Source: a virus
Length of the DNA: 64,000 nucleotides
Direction: 5' to 3' (one strand)
IMG/VR virus record: IMGVR_UViG_3300035188_001379
Span: 64,001 to 128,000 of that record
Shown: positions 8,174 to 18,691 of the stretch, one piece after another
Layout of the letters: each line of letters opens with the position of its first letter
Position numbering within the stretch: position 1 is the stretch's first letter
The notes under the pieces: generated by a model
What the model was told of the DNA's origin: nothing
The model's input: only the letters and a program-made list of their open reading frames with translations
Databases searched by the model: none
Program-made: the position numbers and the translations under genes

Positions 8174-10219
8174 ATGCAATTAACAAACATCGTACTTAGA
8201 AACTTCAGAAACCACAGAAGTTCAGCGTTTGACTTCACAGAAGGAGTCACCGCCATTATTGGCGGCAACGGAAGCGGCAAGTCTAGTATTGTCGAAGCTA
8301 TTCTTTTCCTGTTCACAGGTGAAGGTTATAGCAACAAAGCCGATATGCTCACTGTCGGACAGACTGGCGGTTGGGTAATCGGTAAAATGCTGATTGACGG
8401 TAAAGAGGCTGTGCTCGAAAGGCATATCGACACAGCTAAAGTAAACTTCATGTATGATGGTAAAACATACAAGAAGAGTGGTGAAGTGAATGAAATTTGG
8501 GACAAGCTTTTCCAGATCGATAAAAATATTGTGCACAATGTGATCGTCTCCAACCAGGGTGAGATCGCGTTATTGTTTAACGGAGACAACAGCACGAAAG
8601 AGAAGCTGTTTCAAAAGATCTTCATGGTGCCCAACACTACCAAGATTAGAGACACAATCTGGAACAACTACATAAAGGATGCTCCTCCTGAGTATCCTAT
8701 AAAAGATACAATACAGATTAGCAGCGATATTCAGTGTCTTGAGCAGCTTGTCTCTATGAGTGAGTCTTCCCTGACTCATCTCGTTGTTGACGAGGAGGCG
8801 TACACTTCTCTTGTGGCTAGGCAGGCTTTCTTGCGTAGCGTAGAGCAAGCTCAAGATGATTTTAATCGTTTTACTTCTGAGCAAAACTCTAGTCAGACAA
8901 AGCTAGACGCACTGACTGCTGAAGTAGATGCTTTGCACAACAAAATGCAAATCATCAATATTCAAGAGTATCGCGAATGCCTAGCCAACCAAAAGGCATC
9001 AAAAAGCATTCATGAGAACAGGCTTCAGCTGGAAACCAGAAAAGCTGCGCTAGTTGAACCTAGCGCCCCTGTAATCAGTAAAGAAGAACTAGATAAACTT
9101 CAACAGAAAGTTGCTGATCTTGACGCTGGGTTAAAGGTTAAAAGAACCTCACTGCAGGAAATACAACAAAAAATCCAAGAGTACGAAAAGTCTGGACTAG
9201 GCTCTGGTGTATGCCCTACCTGCGGCAGTGAAGTTGATAATGTTGTAAAACTGATAGAGCACCTCGAGAACGAGAGAACTCCTATTATTGAGGCAGGTAA
9301 GCGCGAGAAAGCTCTCTTTCTTGAGGCTACCGAAGAACTTAAATCTGCATCTAGCAGCTATATTGCTTGGGAAGATTACAACAAAGAGTATGCTGCTCTT
9401 GAGTCTGCTCTAGGCGCTTATCGAGACGTAGTTCCTTTTGACGCTGAGGCGTATGAGCTATGCTCGAGCGTGGTGGTCAAATACACTAACTGGGAAGATA
9501 AGTTAAAAACGCTCGAGAGACAGAAAACGCAAGCAAGCACAGAGCTGAACGCTATTAACGTTAAGCTTGCAGGTCTTGCGAAGTATGATAAATCTCTAAA
9601 CGAGCTCGCTGCCGAGAAAGCTAGTGTTCAGGATAAGATTACACAAATCTTGAACACGCGTGAAGAAGCTAAAAAGCTAGAGATTGAGATTGCTGCAAAC
9701 AAGAGAGAGATTAAATCGCTACAGGCCGAACTAAAAGACAACAATAAATATGTTGAAGAAAATGCCAAGCGTAAAGAGTATGTTGCTGTGCTCAGAGGCG
9801 TGTATGATCTATTTCATACAGGCAAGTTCCCTCGTGCGTTAATTCAGACATATAGTAGCACAGTGTCTGAGTATATGAACGATGTGCTCTCTAGCTTTGA
9901 CTTCCCATATACAGCAAAAGTAAACGAGCAGTTCGGTATTGATATATTTAATGAAGATGGTCTTCAGTTGCCTGATATATCTGGCGGACAGCAGGTGATG
10001 GTCGGTTTTAGCTTACGCTTGGCACTACATAACATGTTTGTAGGCGCTTTCCCGTTCATGATTGTTGACGAGGGCAGCTATGGCTTGAATAGCGAGAATG
10101 CCAAGAAGTACTTCGAGATTATCAAATCACTAGGCAAGAGCAGCAAGTTCAAGCAGGTTATTGTTATCGACCATCACAGCGAGCTGAGCGAATATGTAGA
10201 TAACACTATTCAGTTATGA
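8174..10219 (+). CDS. sbcC: Rad50/SbcC-like (T4 gp46-like) SMC ATPase
   Basis: Walker A GGNGSGKS, Q-loop SNQG, coiled coils with zinc hook CPTC, signature SGGQQ, Walker B IVDEG, IDH H-loop. Confidence 0.9.
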   Translation: MQLTNIVLRNFRNHRSSAFDFTEGVTAIIGGNGSGKSSIVEAILFLFTGEGYSNKADMLTVGQTGGWVIGKMLIDGKEAVLERHIDTAKVNFMYDGKTYKKSGEVNEIWDKLFQIDKNIVHNVIVSNQGEIALLFNGDNSTKEKLFQKIFMVPNTTKIRDTIWNNYIKDAPPEYPIKDTIQISSDIQCLEQLVSMSESSLTHLVVDEEAYTSLVARQAFLRSVEQAQDDFNRFTSEQNSSQTKLDALTAEVDALHNKMQIINIQEYRECLANQKASKSIHENRLQLETRKAALVEPSAPVISKEELDKLQQKVADLDAGLKVKRTSLQEIQQKIQEYEKSGLGSGVCPTCGSEVDNVVKLIEHLENERTPIIEAGKREKALFLEATEELKSASSSYIAWEDYNKEYAALESALGAYRDVVPFDAEAYELCSSVVVKYTNWEDKLKTLERQKTQASTELNAINVKLAGLAKYDKSLNELAAEKASVQDKITQILNTREEAKKLEIEIAANKREIKSLQAELKDNNKYVEENAKRKEYVAVLRGVYDLFHTGKFPRALIQTYSSTVSEYMNDVLSSFDFPYTAKVNEQFGIDIFNEDGLQLPDISGGQQVMVGFSLRLALHNMFVGAFPFMIVDEGSYGLNSENAKKYFEIIKSLGKSSKFKQVIVIDHHSELSEYVDNTIQL

Positions 10220-10652
10220 CAGACGCTCAAAAGCTCAAACGCCTGTATATCATACTCAGATGGTACGATACTCATGCGGTGCATGTTTTAAACAAAATGG
10301 AAGAAATTCCAGAAGAAGATTTAAAACTTATGCATGAGCTAGAGAGAGAAATGCTCGACATACAACGAAGAGCAAACGCAGTTAAAAAACCTAAGAAGAA
10401 GAAAAAATGAATAGCAAAATAGACAAAGAAGGATTGATCGTATCTTCACTTCTTGCTGGTGCAGCCATCTACTTTGGGTTATCCAAGAAAGGAGGACAAC
10501 TCGAGGATTTGGCTCGTACAGCCGTGGGGCGCGTGATTGATGACCAAGTGAGCGGTGCGAAAGAAGCCATTGGGCTTCCGCAGCCTCCCAGGCTCCTTGA
10601 GAAGCACACTGTCCGTAATAAGCAAAGAGCTAAGCGCAGGTTTAAAAAATGA
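10216..10652 (+). CDS. Two small hypothetical CDSs (10216-10410, 10407-10652)
   Basis: ATGA-coupled ORFs; the second has an N-terminal hydrophobic helix and a basic tail. Confidence 0.6.
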
Positions 10653-12103
10653 AAATTACTGTCACCCGATTTGATGGAGGGCTAAAGATTCAGCCAGCTC
10701 CAATGTACTTGAGTAAGTTCTTGAAATATAGCCATAGAACCATGCAGACTATTGGCTATAAAAGAGAATGCGTTTTTGTCGAGCGAGTATTATACTCTAT
10801 GGACGAAGACGGCTCAATGTTTACTTTGCCTGGCTTCTACCACAGCATTGTCGGGTTGATAGGAAAGAACATGGACGTTGTGGAGGTCGTTGACCTCCGC
10901 ACTCCTATGCCTAGCCCTGACTGGACTGCGATAAAAAAGATTAAGCTTAGAGATTATCAGCTGCAGCCAACTCTTGACCTTGTATTCAAGGGCATGGAAG
11001 ACAGCGGAGTAATTAACGCTACTGGAGGGTTTGGCAAAACACACATCCAAGCTATCACATACGCTGCATGGAACAATTTGAATACTATTCTAGCTATTCC
11101 ACTGAAGCAGGTGGTGGTACAGACCTACGAAAAGTTCAAAAAGTTTTTTCCAGATAAGCACATAGGCATTATGGGAGACGGTAAAAGTGAGCTTAGTGAA
11201 CACATCACGATCACTACATTTAAATCTTTACAAAGCTGTGCGCTAGAAAAATGTAAACTGCTTCTTGTTGACGAAATGCAATCAGCAGGACAGGAGACAT
11301 TCCAAAAGGCGCTCACTCAGATGCGTCCGCTGCGTATGTTTGGCTATAGTGCAACCACAGAAGGCATCTTCAATAATACAGACAAGCTACTAAAGGGTAT
11401 GTTTGGCGAAGACCTCATATACTTCCCATACGAGGATGCTGAGGCTGCTGGGGCTGTAGTAAAAGGTATGGTTTATATGGTCAGATTGCCTGACCAGCTA
11501 ATTACCGAAAGCTATACAAGTTTTGATAGTAAGTTTAAGTATGGTATTAAAAAGTGCGAAAAGCGTAACGAGCTTATAGGCAAAGTATGCTCTTTGATTC
11601 CTGATGAATGGCAGACAATTGTCTTTATAGATCATGTAAAAGATCACCTCATACCTATGTTCAAGTATATGCCTAGCGACACGAAGTTTCTTCATCGCGA
11701 AAGCAGCAAAAAGAATGTAGGGTCATTCGCACTCAGCGCTAAACAGCAGAACAAGATCATTGAAGAGTTCAGCAACAATGAGTTCAAAATACTTATAGCC
11801 TCAGACGCTTTTCGTGCAGGAGTAGATATTCCTAACTGCAGAGTAGTTGTACAGGCTAGTGGCGGCAGTAGTAAAGTAGAAGTACTACAAGAAGCCTATC
11901 GCGCAAGTCGTATCATTACTGAAGAGAATCTGCAAAAGTTCAACCTGCCTCCAAAGACTCATTTTGTGCTTGTGGACTTTATGGATAATCACGATCCTAC
12001 GCTAGAAGGTATGGCCAAGAAGCGTATGAAATACTATGAAGAGCAGGGTTGGACGGTAAAGATAGTCAACAGACCTGAGGAAATAACTTGGAACACTTAT
12101 TAG
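10649..12103 (+). CDS. Superfamily 2 DNA helicase (UvsW/XPB-like)
   Basis: LRDYQ, Walker A ATGGFGKT, LVDEMQ, SAT, GVDIP, QEAYRASR. Confidence 0.85.
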   Translation: MKITVTRFDGGLKIQPAPMYLSKFLKYSHRTMQTIGYKRECVFVERVLYSMDEDGSMFTLPGFYHSIVGLIGKNMDVVEVVDLRTPMPSPDWTAIKKIKLRDYQLQPTLDLVFKGMEDSGVINATGGFGKTHIQAITYAAWNNLNTILAIPLKQVVVQTYEKFKKFFPDKHIGIMGDGKSELSEHITITTFKSLQSCALEKCKLLLVDEMQSAGQETFQKALTQMRPLRMFGYSATTEGIFNNTDKLLKGMFGEDLIYFPYEDAEAAGAVVKGMVYMVRLPDQLITESYTSFDSKFKYGIKKCEKRNELIGKVCSLIPDEWQTIVFIDHVKDHLIPMFKYMPSDTKFLHRESSKKNVGSFALSAKQQNKIIEEFSNNEFKILIASDAFRAGVDIPNCRVVVQASGGSSKVEVLQEAYRASRIITEENLQKFNLPPKTHFVLVDFMDNHDPTLEGMAKKRMKYYEEQGWTVKIVNRPEEITWNTY

Positions 12104-12112
12104 TAACCTGTT

Positions 12113-12382
12113 ATGAGCATAAAGCAAGAAATTGAAAAAATAAAACTCAAGCAAGAGGCGATAGATCAAACTGTGGAAGAGCTGCGAAAATACTGGCGAG
12201 CTCGTCCCTACTTAAGATTGGCTCAGATAGTGAGTAACGCGTGGCAGATGCATCCGGATTATAAAAGGGATCCTGAACCTGATATCAGAGATATCTATTA
12301 TTTTACAGACGCAAAGTTCCTGGAAGGTTTACAGCTCCTAATTGATAATGAATCAGCGAGTACAAACGCTTCTAAAGAGTAA
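12113..12382 (+). CDS. Hypothetical phage protein
   Basis: YW...PYLRLAQIVSN pattern; in-operon ORF. Confidence 0.6.
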   Translation: MSIKQEIEKIKLKQEAIDQTVEELRKYWRARPYLRLAQIVSNAWQMHPDYKRDPEPDIRDIYYFTDAKFLEGLQLLIDNESASTNASKE

Positions 12383-13259
12383 GTTTGGGAAAGTTAAAGC
12401 AGTGTCGGGCGGGAGTTATAGAATTCCTTGCCCGACATGCGATCCCAAAGACAGCAAAAAAATGAAGCGCTATATCAGCCCTGGCTGGAAGGATAGTCGC
12501 TGCTTTATTTGCTCTACCACTGTAACCATACAAGAGCTCCTTGGAGAAAATGTTATTTTTGAGCGCGAGGCTGGAGAGGTGCATGAAGTCTCTTACCCTT
12601 ACGCTACCATAGTTCCGTATCAGCACTCTGAAACTCTGGCTAGCTTGGATAGCGCGCACCCAGCTATCGCCTTCTTAAAGAAAGACCATCTTGAAAATCT
12701 TCATTACTACGATTCTCTAGGTATAAGATACATTCCTGAAGGAGGAGGTATAAACATCTCCTTTGACAGCGGCTTCACAGTAAATACTAGCGGAGCGCTA
12801 TTTTTTCCTGTTTTTGCTAAGGATGCTGAGTATGCTGGTTGGCAGGTTCGGTTTATTCCAGGCACATGGAACGGAGATAGATTCCAATTCATGAGGTATA
12901 TGCACCTATTTCCTAAAGGAGATCATCTCTATAACTATCATGTTGCAAAACAATACAACAGCGTGATTGTTGTGGAGGGAGTTAAAAAAGCTTTGAAGCT
13001 GGCTAACTCTGTAGCTACTCTAGGCAAAGGTGTCGCAGATAAGCAGAAGCAACTCATCCAAGAATGGAAGCACATCATACTAATTCTCGATGGCGAGGAC
13101 AGTGCACAAGAGCTTGCTAGAGAGATGCAGCGAGAGTTCATTAGTAACGGGCGCAGATGTGTGAACATAGATCTTCGGAAGTATGGGTTCGAGTCTCCTG
13201 ACGACACAACCGCAGAAGAACTTAAAAGCATAATTCAAAAAGAATGCACGAAAACATAG
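12348..13259 (+). CDS. DNA primase (Zn finger + TOPRIM)
   Basis: N-terminal CPTC...CFIC; TOPRIM VVEG and LDGED...D; lies beside the DnaB-like helicase. Confidence 0.8.
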   Translation: MNQRVQTLLKSKFGKVKAVSGGSYRIPCPTCDPKDSKKMKRYISPGWKDSRCFICSTTVTIQELLGENVIFEREAGEVHEVSYPYATIVPYQHSETLASLDSAHPAIAFLKKDHLENLHYYDSLGIRYIPEGGGINISFDSGFTVNTSGALFFPVFAKDAEYAGWQVRFIPGTWNGDRFQFMRYMHLFPKGDHLYNYHVAKQYNSVIVVEGVKKALKLANSVATLGKGVADKQKQLIQEWKHIILILDGEDSAQELAREMQREFISNGRRCVNIDLRKYGFESPDDTTAEELKSIIQKECTKT

Positions 13260-13822
13260 GTGCGAGCGACAACTCAGCTCTCATAGAAGAGTTAATCTAC
13301 TATTACATAGAGAAAAAGCGGCTTACTACAAAAAACTATAACTACGTCTCTAGCATAAAATGGGACAAATATTTTGCAGAAGCTGCTGAGCTATGTGTTA
13401 AGCACGCTCAGCCCGCACAAGTATACGTGCAAAAGCTATACGACAGGATGGAGAACAAGCGGGCGTTCTTCAGTCCTGAGCATCTAAGAGGAGGCAACGT
13501 AGATAAATTCTTCGATATCCTGAAGACCTCTCCAGAGGACACCTATACTGTAGAGATTACGAACGATAATCTTGACTATGCAGAGGTATGGAGACATCAG
13601 CACGAATTGGCAATGAGGTATATTCGCAGAGGAGAAAGTACCGAGAGCGTGCTAATTGACAGCTCTCTGAAATTCTTTGCATGGTACCGTATATTGAGTA
13701 CTCCTAAGGCACATCCTGAGATAATTGCTAAGTACAAGCATATAGCCAGGAAAGAAATAAACCCCAGATTGCGGGAGTTTATTGCACAGGAAGGTCTTCC
13801 TCTTGAGCGAATATTGTCATGA
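13244..13822 (+). CDS. Hypothetical protein between primase and helicase (possible helicase loader)
   Basis: 192-aa ORF overlapping both neighbours; function inferred from position only. Confidence 0.55.
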   Translation: MHENIGASDNSALIEELIYYYIEKKRLTTKNYNYVSSIKWDKYFAEAAELCVKHAQPAQVYVQKLYDRMENKRAFFSPEHLRGGNVDKFFDILKTSPEDTYTVEITNDNLDYAEVWRHQHELAMRYIRRGESTESVLIDSSLKFFAWYRILSTPKAHPEIIAKYKHIARKEINPRLREFIAQEGLPLERILS

Positions 13823-15231
13823 ACGAAATATACAACAACTCAGATTATATTGAGCTAACTATAAAATGCTTGTTTAGAGAAAAACAAGTATTGCAGAAGG
13901 CGATAGATTTAAAGGTGCGTCCTACCGACTTCGGAACGATCAACATCTACAACGCTTTTGTTGAAGCCGCTATCACTATAGCAGAAGCTCCAGTAGCTAG
14001 CCGACTGTGTTTAACATATGTTACGCCGCTGCTTAAAAAGCACAACATTCTAGAGGCTGACAAAGAGTCTGTGCTCGCCTTCTGGGATTTTATTTATAAC
14101 GACGAGCCTACCAATGCAGAGCATATATTGCAGCATCTGGCAGACTTTATCAAATTCAGAAGGTATCAGGCGCTAAAGGTAGAAAAAACCAATTCTCCTG
14201 AGGAGCTGGTTAGTGAGGCCACAAAGCTCATAGACGATATCTCGCTTAAAAATACCTCAGGAGGTATTCGTACGTTTGATCCCTTCGAGCAGCTTGTGCT
14301 TGTAGAGCATAAAGAAAGCCTGCTTACAGGCTTTCCTGCAATAGACACGGTTGCTCGAGGCTTAAACTATCAAGAAATGGGCATGATTCTTGGGCACTCG
14401 GGTAGCGGGAAAACAGCAATGGCTGTATACTCAGCTATTCAAAACGCTAAACAATTCCGTAAAGTTTTGTATTTGAGCCTTGAGGAGCCTGCTGAGAACA
14501 TATGCAGTCGTGTATACAGCAACATCTTTAGAATTCCGTACACTGACCTACACAAAGGCAGCGTACTGATCCAACAAGATCTGCAAGAATCGTTCAAGCA
14601 CATGAACTGTAGAGACAGGGAAGCGCTGAAAAATCTAAAAATACACGATCTGCGCGATGCTACTCCGCTCACTGCTAAATTTATAGCAAACTATCTCGAT
14701 AAGCTTTACCTTGACACAGGCTACCATCCTGATTTGGTGTACATAGATCAGATGGACTATTTGACCACTCACGATAAATATGATGCAGAGTGGCAAAAAT
14801 ACGGCAAAGTGAGCTTTGAGGTTGACGATCTGTGTAATCACTTGATTGGCGGCGAGCACATGTTTAGTGTGTGGCTCCTACATCAAGCCACAGGCAAGAT
14901 GACCAGAAAGTTTACAAACGGCGAAATCAGCGGTTTCAAGGGTATCATCAAGCCCACAGACATGTGCCTTGCTATAGGTAGAGACAGTAGTCAGGACAGT
15001 ATAGTGAGCATCTTCAGTCTAAAGTCTCGACACGCTAAAAATTTTCAATTTGACTATCTTGCTGAGCTAGAATTCATGAATTTCGAGCAGCAAGATCGCG
15101 GAGCCGAGGACAGGATTAAAGAGGAAAATCGGGATAAGCAAGAGAGACAACCAGCAAGCAACTTCAAGAATATCCCAAGACGAGCCAATCTACTGCCCGA
15201 AGCAGACTCAGGCTTTCATAGTCGTGTTTAA
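13819..15231 (+). CDS. dnaB: Replicative DnaB-like helicase
   Basis: Walker A GHSGSGKT, YLSLEE, YIDQMDY, LHQ, KSRH. Confidence 0.85.
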   Translation: MNEIYNNSDYIELTIKCLFREKQVLQKAIDLKVRPTDFGTINIYNAFVEAAITIAEAPVASRLCLTYVTPLLKKHNILEADKESVLAFWDFIYNDEPTNAEHILQHLADFIKFRRYQALKVEKTNSPEELVSEATKLIDDISLKNTSGGIRTFDPFEQLVLVEHKESLLTGFPAIDTVARGLNYQEMGMILGHSGSGKTAMAVYSAIQNAKQFRKVLYLSLEEPAENICSRVYSNIFRIPYTDLHKGSVLIQQDLQESFKHMNCRDREALKNLKIHDLRDATPLTAKFIANYLDKLYLDTGYHPDLVYIDQMDYLTTHDKYDAEWQKYGKVSFEVDDLCNHLIGGEHMFSVWLLHQATGKMTRKFTNGEISGFKGIIKPTDMCLAIGRDSSQDSIVSIFSLKSRHAKNFQFDYLAELEFMNFEQQDRGAEDRIKEENRDKQERQPASNFKNIPRRANLLPEADSGFHSRV

Positions 15232-15236
15232 AAATT

Positions 15237-17942
15237 ATGTCAGACAAAGTAAAAGTAGAACCCAAGTCAGGCGAAAATCCTGAGCTATTTATTGTATTCA
15301 GTCATCCTAACAAGGATGATCTAGAGGCCAGAAAATTTGGTGAAAAGGGCTATGCTGCTGAGGAAATTCTCGGAGCATTACAAGCAGCCAAGATAGACCT
15401 TGATCGTGTATATTTCACAGGCATGATCAAGCACGGCATAGGCAGTAAGAGTAAACCTAGCGCAGAAGATATTGAAGAGGGGCGCGAGGAGCTTGACCAG
15501 GAGATAGAAAGAATAAAGCCTAAGCTGATTATTCCTCTAGGTGCGGAAGTGTTCAAACGCATCATGAAAGGTAACATCAAGATGGGTGACTATATAGGAG
15601 AAGTCACAGACACTCCCTACGGCAAAGTCATGGCAAACTATGCCCCAGGCATGATTGTTATGATGGACCCTACCAAGCGTCCTGAGTTCAGAGATGTCTT
15701 CTGCTTGGCCCGTAAAGTCATTGACGACAATCTTAAGTATGATGATTACAAATATATTGTTATAGATGATCCTGAGATAAACAAAGCCATACTTCAGCAG
15801 TATATTGATGAAGAAGCGTTTGATATCGGCTATGACGCTGAGTGGTTCGGCGATAAGTTTACTGACAACGAAGTGATGTACGAGTTTCAGTACTCTTGTA
15901 AGAAAGATAAGGCAGTAATTCTAAACATTAGCAAAGACGGCATCACTGAAAATCGTGAGCTGCTAGACTCTATGAAGCTCATGCTAGAGCATCCGAAAGT
16001 CCGACGCATGGGTTGGAATATTCGTGCTGACGATCTCAGGCTACGGCATAGAGGTTTTAATCTTGCTGACGAAACACTAGCCTTTGACGGCATGAAGGCT
16101 GTGGCTTTCTTTGACTCGAGGCTGAGTAAAGGTCTTGAGACAGGTATCAAATTGTTTACCAGCTACGAAAGATACTATACAGAGCTGTATAGAAAGATGA
16201 AGCAGCACAAGATAGCCAAGGCTGAGATGGCTAAGATGAAGTTTCTAGAGCCTGACGTATACTACAAGTATTGCGCCGGTGACGCTGTAAGTCATCGAGA
16301 GGCCTGCTTGTCTATGATGAAAGACTTTCCAGAGCACCTCAAAAGCTGCTATTACGATATCTATCTGCCCCTGACGCATTATTTCACCGACATGGAGCTG
16401 ACAGGTATCGGTATAGATAAACAGGTACTTGAAGAAATTACTGAAAAGTATTCATCAAAATACGATGAGCTTCGTGAAGAGCTGTGCACCTTTCTCAAAG
16501 AGCGCTTCGGTGTAGAGGATTTTAATCCGAACAGTGCTCCACAGAAAAAAGATCTACTCTTCAATATTCTTAAGGTAGAGCCAGCCTACTATACAAAATC
16601 AGGCAAAAGCCCGAAGAGCAAAGCTTGGTACGACAACCAAAAGCCTCAAACACAAAAGATGTATGAGCCTAGTACCAACGGCAAAAGCTTATCCACGATA
16701 AAATTTCAGCTGGAGGAGCTGTTAGATAAACATAAAGACATGCCTGAGAGCGCGCATATGCTCGAGAATATCCAGGATGTGCACAAGGCTATTACTCTAT
16801 TGCTGAGTGTGAGCCGTGTGGGTGTGTTTGCTACAAAATTCCTCAGTAAAAAAGGGGTTATGATTGACCCTGAGCAGGAATTTGATGACGAGGATGAGCC
16901 TTTGAAGCAGAGCTATTGGGCGGCGATTTGTAATGATGGTCGTGTACATGCAAGCTTCTTCGAGTGCCTCAAAAACTTCAGAGCTAGTAGTAGCCCTAAT
17001 GTTCAAAATCCTGCGTCTAAAGTTTTGGCTTATATTCCAGATATATTCGTTCCAGGCTATAGCAAGTTTACAAACGATGAGCAAAAGAAGCATGAGCATC
17101 TTCTACCAAAAAACATCAGAAATATTTTCTGTACAGGTAAAGAAGATTATCACTGGGTAGAGCTTGACGTGGCTGGTGCGGACTTGGCCATCATGGCCTT
17201 TCTTAGCCGAGATGAAGACTTCATACACGACATCCGTGCAGGAAGCTTTCATGTTACTAAGATGCGTGAGTATTTTAACGACCATACACTTACTAAAAAA
17301 GATGTGAGTAAGTATGTGATCGCAAAAAGTATCACCTTCCGTGTGTCCTATACTGCAGGTTTGAAATTTGCTGCCATCCCTATTCAGGCAGACATCTATG
17401 CAGAAAACGGCTTGCATGTAGGTCTAGGTACTCTCGAATATGCTCTAGAGACCTGGACTAGATATAAAAAATACATGCAGTTCAGAGACAGGTGTACAGA
17501 AGAAGTCAAAGAGCGAAAGAGAATCACAAACGCTCGAGGACTAGTTCTTGATTATGAGGAAACTGATAACTTTGGCATTCTCGCTGGCTGGATGAACGAG
17601 AGCCTGGCCTTCCCTGTAGCAAGTGAGCTCGCTTGGTTTATGTGGGAAGCTAGCGTGAACCTCAAAAACATACTGAAGAAAGAAAATCTCTGGATGAACT
17701 ATGTGTATCCAGTAAATACCGTACATGATGCAGGCTACTGGGCTGTGCACAAAGATCTAACTAAAGATAATTATATTCAAGAAATCTTGAAACATGTTTT
17801 CTGTCATCAAACGAAACTGGCGACTGGCGACAATGTAGGTTGTGAGCTCGCTGTAATGGATCGTTGGAAGGGTAAACAGAAAATTTTTGAAAACGAGACT
17901 GTATGGAATTTCGATAAAAATGTATGGGAGTGGAAAGCTTAA
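15237..17942 (+). CDS. polA: Family A DNA polymerase with N-terminal UDG-like domain and 3'-5' exonuclease
   Basis: UDG4-like N-terminus (EIERIKPKLIIPLGA); ExoI DAE, ExoII NIRAD, ExoIII YCAGD; SSSPNVQN; motif A ELDVAGADL, motif B AKSITF..SY, motif C TVHDA. Confidence 0.9.
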   Translation: MSDKVKVEPKSGENPELFIVFSHPNKDDLEARKFGEKGYAAEEILGALQAAKIDLDRVYFTGMIKHGIGSKSKPSAEDIEEGREELDQEIERIKPKLIIPLGAEVFKRIMKGNIKMGDYIGEVTDTPYGKVMANYAPGMIVMMDPTKRPEFRDVFCLARKVIDDNLKYDDYKYIVIDDPEINKAILQQYIDEEAFDIGYDAEWFGDKFTDNEVMYEFQYSCKKDKAVILNISKDGITENRELLDSMKLMLEHPKVRRMGWNIRADDLRLRHRGFNLADETLAFDGMKAVAFFDSRLSKGLETGIKLFTSYERYYTELYRKMKQHKIAKAEMAKMKFLEPDVYYKYCAGDAVSHREACLSMMKDFPEHLKSCYYDIYLPLTHYFTDMELTGIGIDKQVLEEITEKYSSKYDELREELCTFLKERFGVEDFNPNSAPQKKDLLFNILKVEPAYYTKSGKSPKSKAWYDNQKPQTQKMYEPSTNGKSLSTIKFQLEELLDKHKDMPESAHMLENIQDVHKAITLLLSVSRVGVFATKFLSKKGVMIDPEQEFDDEDEPLKQSYWAAICNDGRVHASFFECLKNFRASSSPNVQNPASKVLAYIPDIFVPGYSKFTNDEQKKHEHLLPKNIRNIFCTGKEDYHWVELDVAGADLAIMAFLSRDEDFIHDIRAGSFHVTKMREYFNDHTLTKKDVSKYVIAKSITFRVSYTAGLKFAAIPIQADIYAENGLHVGLGTLEYALETWTRYKKYMQFRDRCTEEVKERKRITNARGLVLDYEETDNFGILAGWMNESLAFPVASELAWFMWEASVNLKNILKKENLWMNYVYPVNTVHDAGYWAVHKDLTKDNYIQEILKHVFCHQTKLATGDNVGCELAVMDRWKGKQKIFENETVWNFDKNVWEWKA

Positions 17943-17943
17943 T

Positions 17944-18657
17944 ATGTTAAGTTTCAAACTTACAGATAACAGCAAAGTAAGATTTTGCAAAGAGCACAAG
18001 AATACCTTTAGCTTATCTCAAGGATTGCCAGAAAATGGTGGTACTTGCGTTCATGCTACAGAGTCTTGCTTAAAAGTGTGCTATGACGCCAACCTGCGAA
18101 AGCTATATAAAAATTACGCAGCCGTTGAAGACTATAATACGTCTCTGGTAATAAATGCTACCTACGAAGAGCAGGTCGAAGTTATTAAAAATACTATAAC
18201 CAAATGGCGCTTGAACGGAGGCAGCAAGCCTTTGTACTTCAGGATACATACCGGCGGAGAGTTCTTTAATGCTCGCTACGCTTGCGCCTGGGCTGAAGCG
18301 ATTGAGGCTAACCCTGATGTAAATTTCTGGGCGTATACTCGCTCGTTATTTGCTGTGCCTATTCTGGCCGACCTCTCGAATTTAACATTGTATTTAAGCT
18401 GCGATAAAGATAATCACGAAAAAGTGCTCGCTATCTACGAGGAGTATAAGAATTATCCGAACATCGCGGTAGCCTGGATGGGTGATAATCCTCCAGAAAA
18501 CTTTCCCAACGACAGAGCAGTTCTAGATTGCCCTGAAGTGACAGGAAAAACAAAAAAAATAGGCTCTGTGGGAGCGTGCTCTAGATGTAGAGCATGCGTT
18601 GATCGCAGGCTAAAAAGTGGAAAAACAAGACATGTGCGCTTCCCAATCCACAGGTAA
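17944..18657 (+). CDS. Gp88-like Cys-rich protein
   Basis: GTC...T..C.KVCY, FRIHTGGEF, FWAYTRS, CPEVTG, CSRCRAC; likely start is the ATG at 17944. Confidence 0.7.
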   Translation: MLSFKLTDNSKVRFCKEHKNTFSLSQGLPENGGTCVHATESCLKVCYDANLRKLYKNYAAVEDYNTSLVINATYEEQVEVIKNTITKWRLNGGSKPLYFRIHTGGEFFNARYACAWAEAIEANPDVNFWAYTRSLFAVPILADLSNLTLYLSCDKDNHEKVLAIYEEYKNYPNIAVAWMGDNPPENFPNDRAVLDCPEVTGKTKKIGSVGACSRCRACVDRRLKSGKTRHVRFPIHR

Positions 18658-18691
18658 TACAGCACAACTCAAACATAAACCAACAAACAAA

